A DNA stretch of 64,000 nucleotides from Haplodiscus bocki. Its lineage: Eukaryota. The stretch covers positions 91,946,001 through 92,010,000 of the forward strand of contig OZ296652.1 of NCBI GenBank assembly GCA_965655095.1, written 5' to 3'. The position numbers were made by a program, and so were the translations under genes. Below, in pieces: positions 37,560 through 50,302 of the stretch. Each line of letters begins with the position of its first letter. Within the stretch, counting starts at the first letter, position 1. Below the pieces are notes generated by a model. The model saw only the letters and a program-made list of their open reading frames with translations, was not told where the DNA came from and made no database searches.

Positions 37560-38050
37560 CTAACTTTTCAAAACTACCTGGTAAAATTCTTCCATCAAGG
37601 TCTAAATCTGCATTATTATAGTCGTACAATACAATTTAAAAGCATTTTCGGTTGGGTTCCGCGCATCCGAAAACCAATGGAAGTGACTAGCCAAGAATTG
37701 CTATAGGGAAGTTTTTACAATTTTCAAATCTGCATTACTCCAAAACCAGCTGCAGTTCTTCCATCAAGTTATCAATCGACATTTTTTTACTTTTAAAAAT
37801 CTCGACTGTCAAATATTGCGTTTTTATTTTAAGCACAACCGTCCGGATTTCCTCCATCAAAGTCTGTCTACAGTTTTCTAATTGTTGAACTTGATTCGAG
37901 ATTGTTCTTTCTGTGATTAGATCCCTACATCGAAAAACGTGCAGTTTGTATGATTCGTCTCGATATTCAAGCTCGGTGTCCTTCAATACAACCGTTTGGA
38001 GTTCTTCCATCACGGTCTGGATCAACTTTTTGCTTTTCGTAAAAGCTGAC
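37560..38050. repeat. Short degenerate repeat cluster related to the 59.6-61.7 kb satellite
   Basis: Recurrent (G/A)(T/A)TTC(T/C)TCCATCA(A/C)G near 37587, 37755, 37848 and 38000, similar to ACAGGTTTGATTTCTTCCAC in the distal satellite. Confidence 0.45.
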
Positions 38051-41018
38051 TTTTTTCGTATCTTGCGTTTTCATCTTTTCAACCAAAACCTGAAATGTCG
38101 AAATTGCCAATTGTATGTGTGTGATTCTTTTCATTTGATCGATTTCATTCAGAAATAACCGGGCGGATTTTCAGCACAAACCTCTTCTCGCTTACAGTTT
38201 TAGGTTTTCAGAAAGTGATTGAAAAAGTATCTTGGTCTTTGTTCTTCACTTCGAAACCCTGAGAAATCGATATTACCAAGAAATGCAGAAAGCAATGGTG
38301 GAAGTTATCTTTTTGGAAAACTTGAAAACTAGATTCAAACTTGTCTTTTCGTTTTTTTAAACATTTCCAAAAATTGAGCACAAAAAATGCAATTGGGTCA
38401 AAATTTTTCCGTTGTTAGCCGGCCGTATTGTTTGGAAATTCTATCAAAATAACTCTCCAATAACATTTTGGCCGAAATGGTAAATTTAAACCTTCAATTT
38501 TTAGTGTCACTTTCAAATTTGACTTGAGCTTCGGCTATCAAAACAAAAGTTATGTATTAGTATATACTATCAAAGCCAGACAATAAACGCAAGCATTGGC
38601 AAAAATTTTTTTGAATTCTGATACTTTTATACTTTTGTAGAATACAGCTTATGAAAAATCAAAAGTGCGGGAAAGCGTGGACTTCCTGGAACCCAAGCTG
38701 AGATCTCCATTTGCCTGAAATGGAATTTCTTAATTTCACTTTGAGAGTGAAGATGTATGTCTTGTGACCTGAAAGTTTTCGGGAACTGCATTTTTTCAGC
38801 TGAATCTCTTCGGCGGCGTGACGTATTTTTTCCCTACTTCAAATTCGTTCTTGATGATTAAGTAATCAACATCTGAGAAAAAATTATTCGGTCTGTAGCT
38901 CCATTATAGTTATTTTCGATGTTGACGGATACTTTTTCTACAGATTCATAGAAACCCAACTTTTTTGAAAATTGTCAACTTTTATCATTAGAGATTTCAA
39001 ATTTGACCTAGAAGTTCAATTTTTAGCATCCATTTGGGATTTGGCACAGAAAAATTCGACTTTTAGAAGAGAAGTTTGTATTTTTGTACATTTTCGATAA
39101 TTTTGGGTTTTGAAGTTTCGCGACTTTTGAATATTCGCACATTTTTCTTTTCAATTTCAGAGAACCTAAACCTTTTCAAATTTTTTTGCTGAAAATCTTG
39201 GAAAAAAAATGTTTTGGCAATAAATTTTTTTTCGGGGAGAAGTTCTTCGGACGTCTCTGAAAAAATAGCAAAGAAAAGTTTCAATAGTTTTTGTTTTTCT
39301 GAGATACTTGAAGCTAGTTTTTGACAATTTTGACTTTTCGTTCTGTTTTGCGGGGGGTGTTTAATTTTTTTCACTGAAGTTTTGAGTTTTGATTATTTTC
39401 TCTTTGGAGCAGTCGACAACGAAAAATATGGCAGTTGCGCTGTATCTCTTGTCATGTTCTCTTTTTCGTTGTAAGTCGTAATTTGTAAGTGTAAAAAGCC
39501 CGACTATAGTAGTAAAAAATTCGCGAAAGCAGATAACCATTTTTTTGTGACGTTTGGTTGTCTTGGCAAAAAATTCGGGACCTTCGGTCAAAAAATTCAT
39601 CGTGATATCTTATACTCTTCAACATTTTTCAAAACATTCAGTACCAATGTTTGCAAGGCCCAGAAGTCAGTAGCAAAATATTTTGTGATGATTTAAACCT
39701 TTGTGCAAATTCTATTTTCCCACAGAAGACACGTAGCAAAGATTATTAACCTTACGAAATTTTTCCGTGTCAAGAAACATTTTCCTCGAGAAATTACAAT
39801 GGGGTTATAAACCAGTTTAAACACCAAAGGCCGCCAACGAGTAGTGTTACGCGCGGCGTCGACGTCTATTCTCGGCTTTTCATCTCACACTAGAAATTTC
39901 GATCAAAATGAAGTTGTTTCTTTGGAATGGAATCTCTTCAAACTCAGAAAAAGTATTTGGCCAGACTGTTTTCAGTATTCGTTTTTGAACACAATTGATT
40001 GTTGGGACAAAACTGCAGAAAATTTGCTTCCTCTTCAGAAATTGCTGTATGCTATGTTTTTCTTGCAACAATGATTCGTTTCCGCTCCAATTTTTTCATG
40101 ACGTAAGAGCCCCATTTGAGAAAAAAATCACTCGGGTTCTACGAAAACATACCAACCTCGCGGTGAAGAAGGAGGAGCCAAGTACCCAACGAAGAATATG
40201 AAGTGACTAAAAATAAATTTATTTAATGGAAAATAAAGTGCTAACGGCGGACCAAGAAGCACTGCTCATTACGATCATGAGGTTAGCGCCGCCAGGCTGT
40301 CTTTGGGGCAAAGGTGCTGAAAAGCCACTTCTGCTAGCAGCGCTGGTGTCGTCAAAAATGTCTACGTCATCATCGTTGTCATTGCTGCTTTTGTTGCACA
40401 ATCCATCTCCCCCATCAAAGGCATCCGCAACCTTTTGAATCACTGGTAGCATCATTCTGCTGTAACTGTTGAGAGTTGAATCAGTGTTGAGCAGGTCGGT
40501 GGTTCCATCTGCCATTTTACAGTTAGTTAAGTGAATTAATTTGGCCATACATTTCATTAATCATTGAAGCTTAACTTTTTTGAGGTTGTCAAATTAGATC
40601 ATCAGAGAAGACTAATTGCTCCAATTGAGAAAAAGTATTCATTTGGGGCGTTTACTTGGACGAATTTTGATGAGTTCAACAGAAAATGATAGGTCTGAAA
40701 TTTTCTATTTTTGGAGGTTGTCACATTTTGGGGAGTTTTAACCACGTCATCGTGAAAAATCTATCGCTTTAATTTTGTGCTTCCATTTTCTTACTGCTTA
40801 TTTCTGCTGACATTTGAGATAGCGAATGCAAACCATCCATTCCTGGGGTTAATTTCGAGAGCATTTATGCAAGTGTTTTTTGTTCTGTTAATCTCGTTTT
40901 TCAGTCGTGGAATAGAAAAAAATAGTCTGTGTAACTCGACTTCAAAGATAGCATGGAAAGCCATGAATAAGTTGGTTTTTTCCTGATCGCTCAAAAAAAC
41001 AGCTGCAAAAATTTAGTA

Positions 41019-41343
41019 TTACGAATGTGCAAAATTCGATTCCAATTCACTCGTGTCAGTTCCAATGCTGGGAGAAAAGCTACCATTAAACGGACTCGTG
41101 TCTCCGTCGTCCACATTTGCTTTCGAGGGACGCAGTTGTTTTTGAGGCAAAAAGTCAGTGCTGTCAAAAAACTGTGAGTTAGACATGGCACTGAAGCTGT
41201 TCTTGTCGTCATCTTCACTTGCGTGGTCGCCTGAGCTGGAGTTGCAAATTGGACGAGCTGTGCCATGATGAATCGGAGATTTCTGTTTCTCTCTTCGCAA
41301 GTTAACTATGGTTTCTATATCGTCTCCATGACAACCTGCGTCT
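41019..41343 (-). CDS. Putative last coding exon of unidentified host gene
   Basis: Acceptor tttcag, open frame DAGCHGDDIETIVNLRREKQKSP...ESNFAHS*. The phase-2 start matches the preceding exon. Confidence 0.5.
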
Positions 41344-42439
41344 CTGAAATTTCAGCCAAATTCTCAAGTTTGATTTTTCATGTCATGCATGTTCGGTTCC
41401 TTTACCAGAGCTGATGATTTTATAGTCGGCGCTTTATTAATATCGCAGCCGAAGACGAAAGGTATTATGAGCACGACGCCAACCTTTTTTTCAGACCTAC
41501 AATCTTTGTCACGAACACCTCTGCCACACCGTTTATAGCGTTATGAGGTCGCTGTTGCTTTGTTCAACGTAATTCAGTACATTGTTCTGTTGCTTTCTGA
41601 TCCGCCACTGCACCCCATTGCTTTTCCAAACAGCTGAAGTTTGTTTCTTTTATCAATTTGTTTTTTCATCATTTTTAACTTCAGCAAAATTTATTTTCAA
41701 GCAAACTATTTTAATAGTAATTCCGTTTTTGAACAGTTATCGAAAAGTTCAGAAGTTTTACCGACATAATTATGTTGAATCGTCACCACGTTTTATCGAA
41801 ACTAATTTCAAAAGTGTACGTTTCGTTGGATACCTTTTAGAAGTATACAAAACGACCGACCTTATGTATGTTATGAAAAAACAAAAGGCGTTTTTGGCTC
41901 GGTACACTTGATGCAATCTGGAAAAAAGACGTTTAGAAAAATCTGTGTGATGTTTGTCTGAATTTCAACGTGTACTTCGATACGAAGTTCCCAGAAAAGA
42001 TTTGAACTTCAGATGAGAATTTCCAAGCAAAAATGATCAAAACAGGCTTTTGTTCTACAAGCATGCTTTGGAAAATGTTTTTGAAAAAAAGGCAATCTGT
42101 GCTTCACAAAATGAATGTCAGAAAAGAGCAAACTTAAAAAGGGAAAGTCGATCAGAAATTGGTAGTGCGGGAAAGACGATGACTATTCACGTTGAACAAG
42201 CGTGCCGCCAAAGCACATGCTTCTGAAAGGCAAACTCTTTTGAAGGACAGAATTTTTACTGAATTTTGGAGAAGTTTTTGAAAACATCTGTTTGATGCTT
42301 CCATGGATTTTATCATTAATTCGTTGCTGAATTTTTGATGATCCTTGTATTGCCTAATTGTGTTTAACGCAGTATTTGCTTAACAATTGATTTTTCTATT
42401 AGAAGTCGTATCCACTTTGCTGTTATTAAATCGCAGTAG

Positions 42440-42720
42440 AAGGAGCTCAGAATCGTTGCAGTTCATAAGAAACAAAACCAAACCACAACAACACAATTGC
42501 AGACCAGCTTACTTTCTTTTAGAAAGGTTGCAGTCACATCGAAGCGTGTTCGTTGATGGCGACTTCAATATAGCTTCATTGAAGAACAATTGTTGCATGT
42601 GTTCTCTCCTTTCAATTTCCTTACCTCGTTGAACAACCCGACAACAAACGTTGGAACCTGTCTAGGTCGTGTTTTTTTACGCCAACTGCCCAGCGTTCTC
42701 TTTTTGCAATTAACTATCAT
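42440..42720 (+). mobile_element. LINE apurinic-like endonuclease (APE) fragment
   Basis: SVFVDGDFNIASLK followed, across a frameshift, by NNPTTNVGTCLGRVF (GDFN...PT...xLDxxF motifs). Confidence 0.55.
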
Positions 42721-43844
42721 TCAGTCAGCTTCCATAATTGCGCTCTTTTCAACTGGCATGAGTACCTGGCACATGATTTTTGACCGAAATTGAAACTTGA
42801 ATTTTAGTTTTGATGAAATTGCGCTCAACGACTAATCTTGATGTTTGTTTTCTTTTTCATGTAAAAACTCTGGAACAATTCATTTTTTTTCTAACCGTTG
42901 TTGACCAATAAATTTGGCATAGTTGGAAAACTTTTCCTGGAATGTTTCGAGTTTATTGAAGAGTATCAGTGTTGGATTTTTTGAACTTCGATGGTCGAGC
43001 ACCGCCAGGGGCCTACTTTGAAATGAAAGTCTTATTTCATAGTCTTGTTTTTTTCAGGATCAGAAGTAAGAGTCTTTTGTCCTGATTTCGTTCCCTGGCA
43101 TATAATTTTAGAACATGAAATAAGTGTCCACAAGAAGCACGTGCAGGTACTCACAAACACGGGAATGTCCCTTCTGTTAAGTTTTAAGGTTTTCTGAGAA
43201 AGATTTTTTGACGATTGTGGTGATGAGCTCCTTGTGGTTAAAGTTCTCCGCTATCAAAAACTTAACGAAAGACCAAAAGAGCCGCTAAACAATTTTTTAG
43301 TAACTGTTCACAAAATGTTTTCGCTTTTCTTCTGGTGATACTCCTCCACAGTTAACCAAAGTTTTCGCGCCCGAGAGATGGGTAGCGCCTACTTTGAGCT
43401 GTTCACAGCTCGGTTACAGTCGAAGGCCTAATAGATTCTTGGTAACGGACATAGCGGAATTGGACACTTCTGCCGTATTTAACGATATCAACCGCAGTTG
43501 ACACTTGATCTTTGGTTCGGCATGCAATCATTGGATGGCTACTCATTACCTAATCAACGCCAAGGCGTAAGAAACGTGTCATACACCGTACAAGACGGCG
43601 TTTCCTCAAACTTTGCCATATTCCGCCGTCGCAAAAAATCTGACTCTGCTATTTGCGCCCATCTTGCCTGACTTTTAATTGTTGCACTCGAAAGTCAAAG
43701 ACCTTCTTCCAGCGTATATTTAAGCTTTTGTATTCCGAAAGCCTTTCGAATTGACCAATCACCATTTGTTTTGTCCTCCATCGGATTACTCAGGGACGGA
43801 AAGTGTGAAAGGTATATTTAAATTACCCCTAAATTCAATCAATT

Positions 43845-44210
43845 TTCACCATAAATACCATCTGTATTACATCCGTCAAGGCGATGAGCAACAGTCTCAT
43901 TTTTGTACAGTTATTATCAGTCAACACTTCGCCGTGTTTGCATGTTCCATCGGGATGCTGACAGGCCGAAAGCGGCCAAAGTGGTGGCTTTTGTTTTTTT
44001 TCTATTTTCCGCAATGATCATACTCTGTTTTATCCATAAATACCGTCTGGATTACATCCATCAAGTTCCTTGGTTCTGTACTTTTATAACGTGTTTCAGT
44101 CAACTTATCGTCGTTTTTGCTTTTTCCATTGGGACTCCAATAGGTCCAAGGTACCAAAACTTGCTATTAGTATTGAATTTCTGCGATAATCGTACTCAAT
44201 TTTTGCCCAA
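43845..44210. repeat. Diverged ~185-bp tandem duplication
   Basis: CCATAAATACCATCTGTATTACATCCGTCAAG (~43849) matches CCATAAATACCGTCTGGATTACATCCATCAAG (~44034), with continuing similarity. Confidence 0.55.
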
Positions 44211-45159
44211 AAATACCGGCTTTGAAAGATCCATCATGGTCCTAATCAAAAGTAGTGTCCATTTTTTAAATTGATCAAAATTATGTTTATCCGAAAATAC
44301 CGGCTTTGTTTTTTTTTCAATCGACATAGTTCCAAACATAGAAGATACTTGAACGTAAATGACTTCATCACATCGAGTTGCTGATCGGTCCATAATGCAA
44401 AAATTGTAGTTTCATTTTTCAGTCATATCCAATTTCATTTCGCCATAACTATCGATTCGGGTTTCTTCAACCAATGTCCTAATTGGCACATGTTTTTAAA
44501 AGCTATCTGGTTGAACGAAGTTAAGTTGAGAACCTGATAGCCCGAAATGGCCAAAAACTGTAATTTTGTTCCACTTAAGCCGTGTTTCATCCAAAAACTG
44601 TGTGCTTCAATCAAGTCTATCGAATATAGAATATATTATCGAATTTAGAATATGGAATTGACGATTATAGAATTTTGAATACTTTCTCGAACCCTGCAAG
44701 TTTTCGTACTTTGGTTCTATTGCGCTTTTGTTCCTTCGAAGGCAACCAAAAAATAACTCTTTAGCAGTTTTTTTGTAGAATTTTTTCCGTTTTGCCCCCC
44801 AAATCGACTTTTTAGCTACAAGTGCGTCATTTGAACGACAAAGCGCTTTTTGCTGTTATGTACAGGTTCTTCAAGCTTCAATTTCTTTCTTTCCGAATTT
44901 TTTCGTCAAATATTTTCTTTCCGAGCCAAGAGTGTATCTTTTCGCGCCCTAGCGCATCTATGTTTTTGAAGTTTCCAGCCGTTTAACTTTTGAGCAACTA
45001 ACAACAAAAAATATCGCAATTGTTTGCTCAGTGAAAATTACCACAATATCTGCCGCGGTTTCGCTCTAATTCGCTTGGATCCAAACTCAAAGCCTTATGT
45101 TTTAAGCAAAAAAAACTATATCTTTATGTGAAACTGCTGTGATGTGAAAGTAAAGTGTT

Positions 45160-45612
45160 AACAAGACGGCCGAATACGGCCGGCATATTTTGCGCCTTCT
45201 CATTTTTGTAAAGAAGGTTTTTAAAATGGTGAAAACATTTTTTCTCGAAAAAACACTCCTTCTTCATCGTATTTTCTAATTTTTCCAGCCTTGAAAATTT
45301 TCTGATTTTCAGAAAAGACCTCATAATTAGGGAAGAAAAGACATTTTGAAGAAATCCTACCAGTTGATAAGCATTCTACAGCTAATTTGCCACCTTTAGC
45401 GATTTTGAAAAATTTCGAAAAGTTTCGAAAAACCCACATATTTTGAGAGTTTTGAGAAATCTTACAATTTCAATCGCGTTCTACGGCAAATTTGCCACGA
45501 AGAAACGTGAGCGAATATCCTGAACGCAATTGGCAAACATCGGGTAAAAAAAACGTTCTCGTTGAGTTGGAAGACTTTGCTCCCATATTTTAAAAATATG
45601 GCGCAAAATAAT
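45160..45612 (-). mobile_element. HINE family A copy 2 (intronic)
   Basis: AACAAGACGGCCG...TTTTGCGCC...GGCGCAAAATAA. Confidence 0.75.
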
Positions 45613-45853
45613 AAAAAACAACGCCCAATCCAATGGCCGTGTTTTGATGTACGAGCCTTTTTTTTGTTTGGTAGTCAAATTGCGTGACGGAAAAATGGCT
45701 TCCTGGCATTTTTGTGGTCAACATATGAATGTAAAATTCCTTCGATTCTGATGTTTTCAGGTGATTCAAATGTGGATCGTATTCGGTGGGATGTTTCACC
45801 TCATCCGACCTCAAAAAGAGAGACCACTTGCATCACTGAGTGAGTAAAGTAAC

Positions 45854-46116
45854 CTGATTCCGCCACGGAGCAAACTCAGCGATGAGGTTTTGTTGCTAAG
45901 TGTGTAAGGGGTGCTTATTCTGTTGGTTGCCATTTGCTTCATTTCTTCGAAGGGCGTCTCACATAACCTGGAGTGGTGTTGATCTTGAGGTGAGAAATAT
46001 TGTGTCTGTGATTGGTCATGACCTCCTCCTACTCGTCCTCGAAAAAATGCTGCAACTTCACCTCTTTGTTTCTCTTCCTCCTCAGCTGTGATGTAATCAG
46101 TTCTTTCGTTCATCAA
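45854..46116 (-). CDS. Putative internal exon of host gene
   Basis: Acceptor gatag, open frame LMNERTDYITAEEEEKQ...LLRGGI, donor ag|gttact. Phase 0 in, phase 2 out. Confidence 0.5.
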
Positions 46117-46188
46117 CTATCGAGAAAAATGACGCCAGTTAAGATGAAACAACTCTTGAGAAACAAGACGCCAGTCAAAATGAAATGA

Positions 46189-46616
46189 AACCAGACGGCC
46201 GGCCAGCTCAGGCATTTTTTTTGTCGCACTCTAACTTTGCTAAAGATACCTTGTAGAAGGATTAAACTTGAAGCTTCTTTCGAAAAAATTCTATCTTCAG
46301 TAAATTTTGATAACTTTTCCCTATTAAAATATTTTCTGATTTCTGATATAATATTTGATACGCATTCCACAGCAAATTTGCCACCTTACCGATTTGGAAA
46401 AAAATTCGAGTTCCAAATTTCGTACGTATTTGAGAAATTTTTTTCAGTCGCATTCTACAGCAAATTTGCTATGATTTGGTGATAAAACTTTCAAAACCGT
46501 CAAACATCGGCACCTTCCATATTGGACATTATCAATGGGCAAGTAAGCGTAAAAAACGTTCGCTTTTTTTTGAGTGGATGATTTTCCTCCCATTTTATAA
46601 ATATGGCGGAAAATAA
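46189..46616 (-). mobile_element. HINE family A copy 3 (intronic, diverged)
   Basis: AACCAGACGGCCGGCC...CGCATTCTACAGCAAATTTGC...ATATGGCGGAAAATAA. Confidence 0.7.
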
Positions 46617-47644
46617 TGAAATAATTGCTTTCTCCAATTTGACACCGAGACATACTAATTAGTAAAATATTAAACTAGATCAACAAAATAGATAAATAAA
46701 TTTTTATAACCAAGCATCTGAATTTGGCGAGGACAGGAGAATGGGACTTTCGGCCCCTGTTAAGGTCCTACACTTTTTACGTATTCGTTTTTGACAGAAT
46801 CTAACTGTTCAGATTAATAGTACTCTTAGTCTTTGAGGTCGTGAGTTTTCTCGGTTTTTTTTCCAATTTAATAGATGTCAGAAAGCTAAGTAAAAAAGCC
46901 CGCGAGACTTCCAGCAACTGTGTGCTTATTGGAAGTCCGCATACGGAGACACGAATTAAAAACACGAGCGAAAGCAAAACAAAAAATAGAGGAAAAATGC
47001 ACAAAAAACGGAAGGGTCTCATTTTAAAAGTCTGTGGGAATAAAAATTAAATTCGTGAAATGAACTACATGGACAAATATTTCCCATAGTTGCAAACGAT
47101 CCGAAACTAAGTTTTTCATAGTTATCCAACCTCGCTGCTCAGTCAAAAAGTTTTGATCGTTGGCCATCAACATTTGTAATGACGAATTGGTATTCTGTTC
47201 AACTTAAAACGAACCGAACTGGGTCAAATCAAAATTGCTCAAAAAGCTTGCTGGTTTTTGCCCTTTATCGTGGTCTTTTGAAACCTTGTGTTTTCAGCAT
47301 TTTCGAATTTTCGATGCGAACATAGCTCGATACAGCATGTGATTGGATATGCGGCTTCTCGAAAAATCACCATTGTGTTTTACCAGTTGTATCGATTCCG
47401 AGTGAGGGGGCCCGATTGAGAAAAAATTATGACCCCAAGAGAACCACTCCCATTTCAACTTTCTCCAAAATTTGCAACTGAAAATTTGAAATGATTGTTT
47501 TTGGTCATTTTTCTTAACTTTGTGCATCGTCATCGCACTGAATTTTGATCAAATTTTGCTTAATCGCATCGATTCAAAAAAAGTGCTCATAGCACATCCT
47601 TAATATCAGTCGGACTGGACAGTTTTAGCACATTTGATAGTCAC

Positions 47645-47807
47645 CGTATTATCATTGGTTGTACGTCGTGTTGAGTCTTGTTGCATTCGGTAAGTGAAGG
47701 TCCCTTCTCGGTCAATTGTGGAGCTGCTACTGTCCGGGTTGAAAGTTTTCCTTGAAACAGCTGAACAGGCTCGAATGTCTGTGAAATTTTCTGAATTTGT
47801 GGGAGCC
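47645..47807 (-). CDS. Putative internal exon of host gene
   Basis: Acceptor ttttag, open frame APTNSENFTDIRACSAVSRKTF...TTNDNT, donor gtgact. Phase 2 in, phase 0 out. Confidence 0.55.
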
Positions 47808-49181
47808 CTAAAACGAAGGAAGCACATTCCTAAATATATTGAGGCTCGTTTTTAGTAAATCACAAAGTTCTGGCATTGTTCACCATTCAACGAATACGAA
47901 TATAAGCGAAAACTCAAGAAAAGGTGCCATTTGGAGGAAACCAGTTTATCGGCTATGCGATAACATTAGTTGCTTGAAAAGTTCAAGTCTGAATTGTTCT
48001 AATTCGTCTGGTGGGTTTTCTTGGAGATCAGGTGTTCGCGAGAGCGAATGAAATAAAACAATGGGAAGAATCCGGAGGCTAATTCTACACCTTTTATAAG
48101 TTGTAAATTAGAAATTATTGAACGCTATACCAGGAGCGTGTTCATGAAAGGACGAAAAAATCAATTAGAGCATGCTCAGAACCACAGTACGCAGTTATCT
48201 CTAAAAGTGTTTGCGCAAATCCAGTGGATTTCGGTTTTGACTATTTATTTGAAGATTTTACCATGACTTTGCCTCATCTTCTCAAAAGACCAATATTATT
48301 GAATCGTCATGCTGTTTTAGGTAATAGGCGATAGCTTAAAGGATATTGCTTTCATTTTCTTTTGTCTTAGCTTGAAATTCTGAAATCGCCAAGCGCAACG
48401 TAACAGTAATGAATGATGGATATGAAGCCAGAGAGCGGAAGAATGAAATTTGGAACGAGTATAATAATTTGTCTTTGCTTGCTTTTTAGGACGTCCGGGA
48501 TCTTAATATCGTTCTTTTTACTAACTTTGCGTTAACCACGTTAACCGACCATGTTTGAAACGAAATGTGCCTAACTATTTCATGATAGCCACCTTTTCGC
48601 CGCGAAGAAATATCTGAACAAGCAGTTGCTGAAATTTTTGTGGTATTTAAAGCTTCAAGAGTTAATCATGTTTCAATCAGTCGAATAGCGTGTATAGCTG
48701 GATAGGGAAATTTAGTAGCGTTCAAATTGTAGCAGCGAGTTTGTTTTCAATTCCATACTATTTGAATATTTTACTTATGACGTAAACAAGCGCTTCAAAA
48801 TCCATATATGTGTCATTTTTACGTCAGCCATTTGTATTATACGTCTTTTATTTATTCATTCTTGTACGTCACTTTTATAGGCTTGTCAATTGTGATTTTC
48901 CAACGCTTCAACCAGTTGCAAGTGGGCAGATTGATTGAAAATTGTGTTTCTGGTGGTTAATTATTTCACCAGTAGAAATCAAAACATTTACGTAGGTTGT
49001 GGCGGAATCAGGGTTCCAACGTCGCTAATTTTGATCGCTACGCTCATTCACTGCATTCAAAGTCAACGATCGGCTTTAAAAGATCTTAGTTGTCTTCGAA
49101 ATGACCTTCAACATCGAATATTTCAAAACGAAGGTCCAATTCTGGTTTCATAAAGAACAGGTAATAAAAGAAGGGACATAC

Positions 49182-50302
49182 GGTTACATGTCAAAATCTC
49201 CTAAGTCAAAATCTCCTAAGTCATAATCTCCTAGGTCAAAATCTCCTAAGTCAAAATCTCCTATGCCAAAATCTCCTATGCCAAAATCTCCTAAATTATT
49301 TTTATGCCAAGACGCATGAACCTAATTAAGTTAATTAGTAAACTAATTGCAACTAATTAAGAAAATGGTTCAGAAATTACACCGATAATTTGTCGTCAGA
49401 GCTTTTCTATAGTATTGCAAGTTGCATCTCTAAAATGTTCATCTTTGGAAGTCAAAATGTAAAAAACCACAACTTTTTCAAACAATTTGAACAATCGAAA
49501 AGTTCTCAAATACTTTTTCCGGTAAAGAAAATTTTCCGATTTTACAAATTGCCTACGAATGGTCCCATGAACAGCTGGCAAAAATTGTGGTTATCAAGTT
49601 TTCTTTTAAATTTCAAGAATTCTATTTCGCGATTTGACTTCCAAAATGTTTATGTGAAACCCAATTGCCCCAATTTTTTAAGTTTTTGGGCTCAAAAAAA
49701 CGCAAATAATAAATATTTTCGCAAAAACTTTTGCATATATAACAAACGAATGCTATCGCAAAAACTTGTGCATATACAAAAAACAAATACGAAAACAAAA
49801 AATTTTTGCGATACCCCTTTGCTTATTTATGCAACAGGATGTGGAATTATTTTTCGTATTTCAACCATAATTTTTAGAAATGCAAACAGAACCTACACTC
49901 TAATGAACATAACGTAATTGTATTTTCGAGGGTATTCTGAAAGTATTTTTGCGGAATCCCTGGTACTGAAAATACCCCAGCCCGAGTACAGAAGTGTTTT
50001 TGAAATGATGAAAATACCAAGAAATGGGTGTCAGGACATAATACCCAATGCCAAAATACCCAATGCCAAAATAACCAATGCCATAATACCCAATGTGACA
50101 TATAATGGTAGTCCTAATTAAATAATTAGAAGTAATTAACCTAAATTACTTCAGCTTCAAGCTCAATTATTTAATTTCTTAAGCCGGTAACTTTATTCAA
50201 TAATTTAGGAGATTTTGGCATAGGAGATTTTGACTTAGGAGATTTTGACCTAGGAGATTATGACTTAGGAGATTTTAACTTAGGAGATTTTGACCTGACA
50301 CC
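49182..50302. mobile_element. Mutator-like (MULE) non-autonomous element with 15-bp sub-terminal tandem repeats and 9-bp TSD
   Basis: Perfect TSD GGGACATAC at 49173-49181 and 50303-50311, GG...CC termini, and inverted arrays of AAAATCTCCTA(AGT/TGC)C (7 left, 6 right). Confidence 0.9.

Noticed and set aside
37735-38025. Repeat protein with (L/V)MEELQTVVLK units
   Set aside because: Explained by the underlying DNA satellite, related to 59.6-61.7 kb.
49390-49917. 175-aa ORF as a transposase
   Set aside because: Low-complexity F/K/N composition, no DDE or Zn-finger motifs; it is MITE interior.
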